From the sequence record SRR31156797_14741: a stretch of DNA of 20,000 bases; one strand, written 5' to 3'. The notes under the pieces are model-generated. The model searched no databases and was not told the origin of the DNA. It saw nothing but the letters and a program-made list of their open reading frames with translations. Made by a program: the position numbers and the translations under genes. The stretch's first letter is position 1, and every line of letters starts with the position of its first letter. Below are positions 12,606 to 20,000 of the stretch, piece after piece.

Positions 12606-13460
12606 ATGTATGTATCAATGAAAGAGATGCTGCAAAAAGCCAATCGAGAAAACTATGCCGTTATGGCGATCAATTGTTTTAACCTGGAAACCGCTAAAGC
12701 AGTGATCGATGCCGCCGCAGAATCACATGCACCCATCATCGTGGATTTGCTGCAAGACCATTTAAAGACCCATCTAGATCATCGTTACTTAACCCAGCCG
12801 ATCATTCGAATGGCGGAAAATGTCAATGTGGAGGTTGCCATCAATCTGGATCATGGACAGGATATCGCCTTCGTCAAACAATGCCTCCACGAAGGGTTCT
12901 CAAGCGTTATGATGGATGCCTCTATGCATCCTTTAGAAAAAAACATCGCCATCACCAAAGAGATCGTGCAATTTGCGCAAGCCTATAATGCCAGTGTCGA
13001 AGCAGAAGTTGGGGACATGGTAGCAGTGGCTGGGGATCAGTTTACCAGCGATGGGATGTATACCAATCCAGAGGAAGCCATCCATTTTATTCGAGCAACC
13101 GGGGTCGACTGCCTCGCCCTTTCTTACGGCTCCAGTCATGGGGATTATCCAGCAGGGTATCGCCCGGCATTTCGCTTTGACATCGTTCAAACAATAAAAG
13201 AAGCCACTGACCTACCGCTGGTTTTGCATGGCGGCTCGGGAGCCGGCAGAGAAAATATCTTGCGTTCCGTGGCATTAGGGATCAATAAGATCAATGTAGG
13301 GGCTGATTTTATGAAAGCCCAGAGAAATGCCCTGCACCAACAGCTGAATGCTTTTCCGGAAAGCGATTATCCGACCTTGATCCACCAAACCATCGAAGCA
13401 GGAAAAGCAGTCGTCAAAGAGTATATCGAATTATCTGGATCAAAAAACAAATCACTTTAA
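12606..13460 (+). CDS. Class II (metal-dependent) ketose-phosphate aldolase, paralog 1
   Basis: 284 aa with NLDHG, SSVMMDAS, VEAEVG, YGSSHG, VLHGGSG and KINV (FBA/TBA class II fold). The three Zn-ligand His residues are retained. Confidence 0.92.
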   Translation: MYVSMKEMLQKANRENYAVMAINCFNLETAKAVIDAAAESHAPIIVDLLQDHLKTHLDHRYLTQPIIRMAENVNVEVAINLDHGQDIAFVKQCLHEGFSSVMMDASMHPLEKNIAITKEIVQFAQAYNASVEAEVGDMVAVAGDQFTSDGMYTNPEEAIHFIRATGVDCLALSYGSSHGDYPAGYRPAFRFDIVQTIKEATDLPLVLHGGSGAGRENILRSVALGINKINVGADFMKAQRNALHQQLNAFPESDYPTLIHQTIEAGKAVVKEYIELSGSKNKSL

Positions 13461-13481
13461 AAAAGAATGGAGCACACTTAT

Positions 13482-14381
13482 ATGTTGATCAATATGAAAC
13501 AATTACTGACCGTTGCCAAAGAAAATCAATTTGCCGTTGGTGCCTTTAACGTCGCAGACAGTAACTTCTTACGCGTCGTTATCGAAGCAGCGGAAGAAAA
13601 CGATGCACCAGCCATCATTGCGGTCCACCCAACAGAATTGGCCTTTACAAAGGATGAATTTTTCCACTATGCAGTTTCCAGAGCGAAAAACAGTTCTGTG
13701 CCAATCGTGATCCATATGGATCATGGTGACAGTCTGGCGAGTATCATGCGGGCGATCCATTGCGGGTTCAGCTCAGTGATGATTGATGGGTCATTGCTGC
13801 CTTTTGAAGAAAATATTGCTCTAACAAAACAGATTACCGAGATTTGCCATCCGATTGGGGTATCTGTCGAAGGCGAGCTAGGAACGATCGGCAATACCGG
13901 AACCTCCGTTGAAGGGGGCGTCTCCGAAGTGATTTATACTCGTCCTGAAGATGCACAAGAGTTCATTGAGAAGACAGGCATTGACACACTAGCAGTTGCG
14001 ATTGGAACTGCTCACGGTATTTATCCGAAAGATATCAAACCGGAATTAAAAATGGATGTCTTGCAAGAAATCAAAGATCGTGTCGATATCCCATTGGTGT
14101 TGCATGGTGGATCGGCCAATCCCGATGAAGAAATCGCTCAGGCAGTGGCAATCGGTATCCAAAAAGTAAATATCTCCTCTGATTATAAATACGCCTTTTA
14201 CAAAAAATGCCGTCAAATTTTAGCTGAAACAGAATTATGGGATCCAAATGCTATTTACCCAGAATGCATTGAGGCAGCTAAAGCAGTGGTTACGCAAAAA
14301 ATGACCCTCTTCAATGCAATTGGGAAAGCAGCTTTGTATCGCCAGCAAAATATCCAGCCATGGCGTAGTGAACAAAACTAA
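13482..14381 (+). CDS. Class II (metal-dependent) ketose-phosphate aldolase, paralog 2
   Basis: HMDHG, SSVMIDGS, VEGELG, IGTAHG, VLHGGS and KVNI. Likely start is ATG 13482 after GGAG at 13469-13472 (track start 13467). Confidence 0.92.
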   Translation: MLINMKQLLTVAKENQFAVGAFNVADSNFLRVVIEAAEENDAPAIIAVHPTELAFTKDEFFHYAVSRAKNSSVPIVIHMDHGDSLASIMRAIHCGFSSVMIDGSLLPFEENIALTKQITEICHPIGVSVEGELGTIGNTGTSVEGGVSEVIYTRPEDAQEFIEKTGIDTLAVAIGTAHGIYPKDIKPELKMDVLQEIKDRVDIPLVLHGGSANPDEEIAQAVAIGIQKVNISSDYKYAFYKKCRQILAETELWDPNAIYPECIEAAKAVVTQKMTLFNAIGKAALYRQQNIQPWRSEQN

Positions 14382-14399
14382 ACAGCAAACAAATAATGG

Positions 14400-14448
14400 A
14401 AACACCCTCGAAAATCGCTAAATTGCGGCTTTTCAAGGGTGTTTTTTT
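14400..14448. terminator. Probable bidirectional intrinsic terminator between the convergent aldolase and Mga-like genes
   Basis: AAACACCCTCGAAAATCGC-TAAATT-GCGGCTTTTCAAGGGTGTTTTTTT. It abuts the minus-strand stop codon at 14447-14449. Confidence 0.85.
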
Positions 14449-15862
14449 ATTGTGCATTCTTTTCTTGCAGCATACGAATCCCCTTTTCCTGAACCTGCCG
14501 AGCGATAAACGCCAAGTCATTCGAAGTCAGATTGATGTCTGCATAATGAAACAAGTTTTTTCTGCAGGAGGGGGTCAGATTGCCGATGATCAAATCATAC
14601 GTCTCGTCCAGTTTGGTCAGAGAGAACGAGTCCAGAGGATTTAAAATCGTGATTGTTAGCTGATAAGGAATAAACTGTTGGATTTTCGTTTGGATAAATT
14701 CCGTATGATAACTATTCGTATCATAAAACAAAGCTAAGCGAAAGCCAGCATTGGCATCGATGATTTCTTTAGCGAAATTTGGGAAAGATATATGGAAAAT
14801 ATAAATCAGGTAATTGATCGTACTTGGTCGAATGATCGGTAAATTTGAATGGGCCAAAAGGTGAACGATGTCTTGATTGACTGCCTGTTGGACCAAATCA
14901 CAGTTGTTGACAAAACGAGCAAAGCGATCATCCAAGATGCAGTAAGGAACGTGCAAGTTGATCCCAAGAAAATAAGAAAAGACCACAGCGTCGAGTTTCT
15001 CTTCAAAGTTGGTTTCATGATAGTTGTACTTTTTAAATATACGTTTGGTCATTTGATAAAACTCTTGTTTGGTCTTACGAAAGACGTTGGGGTCCTGACC
15101 AATATGGGTCGTGACATAACCGACCATTTTCTCGACGTAGGCCCGACTGTAGCCGGTAAATTCGCTCAAATCGATTTTCTCTAAGAAATATTCGACGTGG
15201 TTTCCATTGGGGTTGGAGGCGTATAGGCGATCGCGCTTCGTGTTGATATAGATCACAAAAGCGATTTTTTTGATGTCGGAAAAATAAAGCTTTAAGGGTG
15301 TCGCTGCTGCCATGATACGAGCGATTTTCAAAAAATCCTGTTCTTGGTTGATGTTGGCATCCACAAATTCATACTGGTACTTTTCTAAGAAGAAAATCAG
15401 AAAAAACTGGCGAATGTTGTGTTCATTTCCTTTTAACTGGATGGGTTTGGTCGCGATGAAGAAATCATATGGTGCCAGAACCATGTTGATCCTCTTGATC
15501 AAACGAATGATCGACGATTTGCTTAAATTTAATTCTAGAGCCAACATATCATAACTAGTGAAACTTGATGAGAAGAGTAGTTCCAATAATTGAAATGCAG
15601 AAGAGCGTGTCAAAAACTGGCTGTATACGTCTAGCCGAGTAGCAAAGGGATGCAGGTGGAGGCGAACAGCTGAATAATCGTCAAATTGTAAGTCCAGAAA
15701 CGAAAATTCATTGTCGATTTCCGCGATATAGGTTTTCGCTGCAGACATTGAAATGGAAAATTTTACTGCCAAATCGTGAAGACTCGTTCCCTGATCGTCT
15801 AATAAATACTCAATCAGCTGTAGTTTCTTTTGTGTCGTAGATGATAACAATTTCCGTAACAT
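14447..15862 (-). CDS. Mga/AtxA-family helix-turn-helix transcriptional regulator
   Basis: 471 aa. N-terminus MLRKLLSSTTQKKLQLIEYL with HTH 1, second HTH (SSAFQLLELLF...LALELNLSKSSIIRLIKRIN), then LKGNEHNIRQF and C-terminal YDLIIGN. This pattern is typical of enterococcal Mga-like proteins. Confidence 0.85.
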   Translation of the reverse strand: MLRKLLSSTTQKKLQLIEYLLDDQGTSLHDLAVKFSISMSAAKTYIAEIDNEFSFLDLQFDDYSAVRLHLHPFATRLDVYSQFLTRSSAFQLLELLFSSSFTSYDMLALELNLSKSSIIRLIKRINMVLAPYDFFIATKPIQLKGNEHNIRQFFLIFFLEKYQYEFVDANINQEQDFLKIARIMAAATPLKLYFSDIKKIAFVIYINTKRDRLYASNPNGNHVEYFLEKIDLSEFTGYSRAYVEKMVGYVTTHIGQDPNVFRKTKQEFYQMTKRIFKKYNYHETNFEEKLDAVVFSYFLGINLHVPYCILDDRFARFVNNCDLVQQAVNQDIVHLLAHSNLPIIRPSTINYLIYIFHISFPNFAKEIIDANAGFRLALFYDTNSYHTEFIQTKIQQFIPYQLTITILNPLDSFSLTKLDETYDLIIGNLTPSCRKNLFHYADINLTSNDLAFIARQVQEKGIRMLQEKNAQ

Positions 15863-15890
15863 GATTGCCCCTGAGCCCCCTTTTAAGTAA

Positions 15891-15918
15891 ATAGTATCAC
15901 GTTTTTACATGTATTCAA
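15891..15918 (-). promoter_or_regulatory. Putative promoter of the Mga-like gene
   Basis: Minus strand TTGAAT (15918-15913), 16 bp spacer, extended -10 TGaTACTAT (hexamer 15896-15891). Confidence 0.55.
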
Positions 15919-15970
15919 AAAAATTGCGTGTTGTATTTTTTTTGAATACATCCCACCCCAAAATTTTGGG
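15909..15970. repeat. Two adjacent inverted repeats in the regulator-adhesin divergent spacer
   Basis: 15 bp perfect arms ATGTATTCAAAAAAA (15909-15923) / TTTTTTTGAATACAT (15937-15951), followed by the perfect palindrome CCCAAAATTTTGGG (15957-15970). Confidence 0.75.
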
Positions 15971-16157
15971 AAAATAGAAGTGTGGAATAGTAGTAATACG
16001 TTTGATACAAGTAGCAAAGACCAAAATTTTTGAATCATGGGGAGGAGGCAAAAAGCAGTTGTTTGTTGGGATATCTTGCTCACTGTTGAACAATGTTATT
16101 CGTCGAGCGCTTCCGAGATCAATTGAAAAAATTTAATAAAAAAAGGAATGAACAATT

Positions 16158-19100
16158 ATGAAAAAACAATTTTCTATCTATATATGTTTGCTAGTCTTGC
16201 TTGGCTCCATTTTTTGTGAACCAACGATCATACTAGCAGAAGCAATCAACGCAACCGAAAGTACCGAAAGAACGACTGAAACGCTGGAAAGTACCGAGCC
16301 TGAGACGGGAACGATCGATACGGAAAAAGCACCTACGGATTCATCGACAGCGGGAGCAGTTCAGTCAGAAACGAGTCAAGCAGAAGAAGAACAAGCAACC
16401 GTCCCTAGTGAAAGTCAAGCAACCCAAGCATCTTCGACACTGAATCAAAACAGCATTCAACCCCGAGCACCAGATACTGAGGCGGAAACGGAAGCTTCTA
16501 CTACCGCTGAGAATCTTAGTGCCAACCTAAACGAACGGGGAGTACAACTTTTTGACAATGTCCGAATTACTGACTTAAACGATCAACCCTTCACTGCCGA
16601 AAATCCACCGATGTATAACGGCAACATCAAAATTCATTTTGACTGGTCGTTAGCAGATACGGAAGAAATTCGCGCTGGCGATTATTATACGTATCAATTA
16701 CCGGAATATTTTGCTATTCATAACACCGTTAGCGGCGAATTGACCCGTTCTGGTGGGCAATCGATCGGAACCTTTACCTTAGCACTCGATGGCACGTTGA
16801 CTGTTACTTTTAACGAAGCGGCACAAACACTTTCCAACCGCTCAGGGACTATCGATCTAATTACGGAATTAAGTGTGAGCACTGTCACCGAAGAAGTGAC
16901 GATTCATACTGGGATCTACGATGAAGATGGTGATGAGATCATCATTACATTGCCTATTTATGAAGTCGACATCATTAAGACTGGTAACGTGACTTCCAGC
17001 GGTTCAGTGGTTTGGGAAATTATTTTTAACCAAACCAGTCGTGAATTGCATGATGTGGTGATCACCGATAAAATGCCTCAAGGTTTGTCTTATAGTACTT
17101 CGACAGGCTACTTGTACGATGAAGCCACCGAGGAGTGGGTTCGTACCGATGGCTTATATACCTTTAACAGCGTCAACAACACGTTTACCTTCAATCAAAC
17201 GGTTAATCAACCGGTTCGAATCGTCATCAATAGTGCAGTCACTGATCCAACGGCTTCTTCTTTCAAAAACACGGCAACAATCAAGGGCAGCGATTTTACA
17301 GAAAAAACTGCAGAAGCAACGGTTACTTACGATGAGCAATCGGAATACAAACGGTTCAAAGGCTATGATCAAGAAACGAAACGAGCATCATGGGAAATTT
17401 CCGTCACATTGGACAAAGACCAAGCCAGAGTTTTGGATCAGACCTATTCAGGAACGGATCCTGAAAAAGCCCTACATTTTTTTATTCCAGAGACTTTGGT
17501 GATCACGGACAAAGATGGTAACTCGATCCCAGCAGAAGATTGGTCCTTTGATGGGACGTACCAGCTGGATAAAGAGGGAAAAATCGTCCGCTTTGGCATC
17601 ACGTTTGCCAAAGCTGGTTACTACAAGATCCAATACGATACCCAGTTGTATGAATCTGTTCTAGCTGATACTCGTATTTACAACTACGCTTCGATCCGCG
17701 ACAATCAAAATACCTCATTGACGGGCAGTGGGACAGTGACGCCAACCAAAACGATCGGTGTCGTGAAAACAGCTGGCACCAAAGACTATGAAACGAAGAC
17801 TGTCGCATGGAAAATTGATGCCAATACCAATCAGCAAAAAGTCAGTGACCTAATCATCGAAGACCGCTATCAATTGATCTCAGGGGCAAACAGCAGCGCA
17901 CTGGCCTTGTTGGCGGATACGCTGGTAGTGACGGCAAGCGGAGTGACCGAGCCTTTAGAGCTCAATACCGATTATACGCTAGAGCTAATCACAGAAACGA
18001 AAACGCTAGCCGATGGCTCAACGAAGGAACTTGAGACTGGTTTTCGGATCAAGCTGCAAGGGACGTACCAAATGACCTCGGCAACGATCACGGTTAATTT
18101 CAAAACTAGCTTCGATGTTTCACAGCAGATCGCATTAGGAAGTTCTAGTAGTCGTTTTAGTAATGCAGCGTTTGTCCATTATAAAGACGAAGCCGGCAAT
18201 ACGTTCACGGAAGCCTCTGAATCCAATACTTGGATGGATACCAACTGGTTAAAAAATGCCTTGAAATACGGCCTATTTATTGGTGAAGGGGAAGATGTCG
18301 CCAAAGCGATTACTGCCGTATTAGGTCGGAACTTAGGAACTATTTTTGATGAGCAGACCGCCTCTAGCGATCAAGTCTATTGGATGGGGCTATTCAATAC
18401 GTACAAAGAAAAAATCAACAAAGATGCAATCATCACGGACCAGCTGCAAGAAGGCCAAACCTTGAAAGACTTGGCGCTTTACACGGTCACAGTAACTGGG
18501 TATACGACGCAAGTCAGAGCACTGAAAGAGCAATTGGTGCTAAACGAGGATTACAGTTACACTTATGACCCTGACTCGAAGACAGTTACGATCACCTTGC
18601 TGAAAGAAACGTCAGAAACACTGGCGGTCTTCTTGGCAACGGAAGCAGCGGAAGATGTATTTACCTACAAAAATACCATCACGTTGACAGACAACGATAC
18701 AACGTTGACCGCGGATGGCCAAGCCGATAAGTCGGCGAAAACGGACTGGTTGATGAAAAACGGTAGTCAGAATGCCGACAACAATCGGTTGATCGATTGG
18801 GAAATCATGATCAACGCTGACAGTCGCAAAATCCACAATGCGGTGGTCACCGATACCATCAACTACAATCAACACACCTTTTTACGAGATGCCGACGATG
18901 CCGTGATCGTAGATGTGTATGAAGCGGTCTTAAACAATGGCACGTGGGAAAAAGGAGAAAAAGTCACCTTCACCAACGAGGACAATCCGAAAATCACCTC
19001 GGATGTGGTAGCAGGGACGCAATCGTTAGTGATCGCTTTTGAAGAAATGATTGATAAACCATACTTTATTGTTTATCAAACACAGCTTGATCCCGGGATT

Positions 19101-20000
19101 TTGAACAATGAACGGGTGGCCAACAGTGTCAATTTGACGGGTAGTGAGATCGAGATTCACACAGTGACCAAAGAAATCACTATCAAATCGACAGATGGCA
19201 GCGGAACGTCTTCTGGGACGAACGGCTCTTTGACGATCATGAAATACGATGCAGACGGCACCAAAGAACGAGGGATCGATAAAGAAGCGGTTTTCCAATT
19301 AAGCCGCAAAAATGCGCAAAATACCTATGAAGTCATCTTGTCGAATCTGGTGGTCAAAAACAATCAGATCATGGAAAACGGCAACGCCATTGATCGGATC
19401 GACAATCTGCGTTACGGCGATTATATGATCCAAGAAATCACCGCACCGGAAGGATACGAACGAGATGCGACTCAGTACACCTTCACTATTTCTGATAAGC
19501 AAGTCAATTATGTCTTTGAACTAGCCAACAAGCGGGAAATCAAAGAAACGACCCACGCCTTGAATGTTCAGAAGCTGCTTGATGGGCGCGAGCTAAAAGA
19601 CGGCGAATTTACGTTCCAACTAGTGGATGAAACTGGCTCTGTGATTTTAACACAAACTAATGATGGCAACGGTCAAGTTGCCTTTGACGCCATCACTTAC
19701 AATGAGCCTGGCGAATACCATTACACGATTCGGGAAAAAGCCGGCGATGATCCAACCATCACCTATAGCGACAAAGAACTAAAGGTAACTGTGACCGTCA
19801 CGGAAGAAGATAGCCAGTTGATTGCGAAAGCAGTCTATGAAGGCAATCAAGTCTTCGAAAATGACTATACGCCAAAATCCGGTAGTGTCGTTTTGAATGC
19901 TGAGAAAGTGCTGATCGGTCGTGATTTGAAAGCAGAAGAATTTGACTTCGAATTAGTCAATGAAGCAGGAACTGTACTTCAAACAAAAGCCAATGATGCC
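16158..20000 (+). CDS. Large secreted surface adhesin (collagen-binding/CnaA-like Ig domains, SpaA/CnaB domain, FctA/Spy0128-like repeats); 3' end is beyond the window
   Basis: Manually translated: ATG 16158 after AAAGGA, open for 1281 codons to the window end. Signal peptide MKKQFSIYICLLVLLGSIFCEPTIILA|EA, then a T/E/S-rich linker. IHFDWSL..EIRAGDYYTYQLPEYF is typical of adhesin N-domains. Repeated K.G...W.I..N...TD...N domains follow, then LTIMKYD...LRYGDYMIQEITAPEGY and KLLDGRELKDGEFTFQL...YTIRE...FENDY. Confidence 0.9.
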   Translation, partial: MKKQFSIYICLLVLLGSIFCEPTIILAEAINATESTERTTETLESTEPETGTIDTEKAPTDSSTAGAVQSETSQAEEEQATVPSESQATQASSTLNQNSIQPRAPDTEAETEASTTAENLSANLNERGVQLFDNVRITDLNDQPFTAENPPMYNGNIKIHFDWSLADTEEIRAGDYYTYQLPEYFAIHNTVSGELTRSGGQSIGTFTLALDGTLTVTFNEAAQTLSNRSGTIDLITELSVSTVTEEVTIHTGIYDEDGDEIIITLPIYEVDIIKTGNVTSSGSVVWEIIFNQTSRELHDVVITDKMPQGLSYSTSTGYLYDEATEEWVRTDGLYTFNSVNNTFTFNQTVNQPVRIVINSAVTDPTASSFKNTATIKGSDFTEKTAEATVTYDEQSEYKRFKGYDQETKRASWEISVTLDKDQARVLDQTYSGTDPEKALHFFIPETLVITDKDGNSIPAEDWSFDGTYQLDKEGKIVRFGITFAKAGYYKIQYDTQLYESVLADTRIYNYASIRDNQNTSLTGSGTVTPTKTIGVVKTAGTKDYETKTVAWKIDANTNQQKVSDLIIEDRYQLISGANSSALALLADTLVVTASGVTEPLELNTDYTLELITETKTLADGSTKELETGFRIKLQGTYQMTSATITVNFKTSFDVSQQIALGSSSSRFSNAAFVHYKDEAGNTFTEASESNTWMDTNWLKNALKYGLFIGEGEDVAKAITAVLGRNLGTIFDEQTASSDQVYWMGLFNTYKEKINKDAIITDQLQEGQTLKDLALYTVTVTGYTTQVRALKEQLVLNEDYSYTYDPDSKTVTITLLKETSETLAVFLATEAAEDVFTYKNTITLTDNDTTLTADGQADKSAKTDWLMKNGSQNADNNRLIDWEIMINADSRKIHNAVVTDTINYNQHTFLRDADDAVIVDVYEAVLNNGTWEKGEKVTFTNEDNPKITSDVVAGTQSLVIAFEEMIDKPYFIVYQTQLDPGILNNERVANSVNLTGSEIEIHTVTKEITIKSTDGSGTSSGTNGSLTIMKYDADGTKERGIDKEAVFQLSRKNAQNTYEVILSNLVVKNNQIMENGNAIDRIDNLRYGDYMIQEITAPEGYERDATQYTFTISDKQVNYVFELANKREIKETTHALNVQKLLDGRELKDGEFTFQLVDETGSVILTQTNDGNGQVAFDAITYNEPGEYHYTIREKAGDDPTITYSDKELKVTVTVTEEDSQLIAKAVYEGNQVFENDYTPKSGSVVLNAEKVLIGRDLKAEEFDFELVNEAGTVLQTKANDA
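19545..20000 (+). repeat. FctA/Spy0128-like tandem protein repeats (111 aa period; second copy truncated by the window)
   Basis: LNVQKLLDGRELKDGEFTFQLVDETGSVILTQTND against LNAEKVLIGRDLKAEEFDFELVNEAGTVLQTKAND. The equivalent Lys codons at 19572 and 19905 are 333 bp apart. Confidence 0.8.

Noticed and set aside
9471..16093. Alternative-frame and antisense ORFs across the PTS operon, the Mga-like gene and the spacer (including 15883-16083 and 15905-16093)
   Set aside because: They overlap well-supported genes or regulatory DNA and have non-protein-like composition.
17477..17483. T7 homopolymer in the adhesin as a phase-variation tract
   Set aside because: Too short, in frame (His-Phe-Phe) and expected by chance.
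17119..19502. Small ORFs listed by the track in the last 3 kb
   Set aside because: All lie inside the continuous adhesin frame starting at 16158. The track probably omitted that frame because it has no stop codon in the window.

Overview
This is a Firmicutes chromosomal window, most likely Enterococcus, judged from the RpoB/RpoC sequences. An E. casseliflavus/gallinarum-type species is my guess, not a verified assignment. The core part holds birA (minus strand), divergent from rpoB-rpoC. The birA-rpoB spacer contains a parS-like site, a perfect sigma-A promoter, an 8-1-8 palindrome and a long structured rpoB leader. After the rpoC terminator comes an accessory block. It starts with a six-gene fructose-family PTS operon: a PRD regulator, separate EIIA, EIIB and EIIC, and two divergent class II aldolases, with no kinase. 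Next is an Mga-type regulator (minus), divergent from a large secreted Cna/FctA-type adhesin. The adhesin is open from 16158 to the window end (at least 1281 codons) and is missing from the ORF track. The best candidate for an uncharacterised system is the kinase-less PTS with twin aldolases, whose residues suggest a monophosphorylated, non-fructose-bisphosphate substrate. I saw no mobile element, CRISPR array, tRNA or rRNA.
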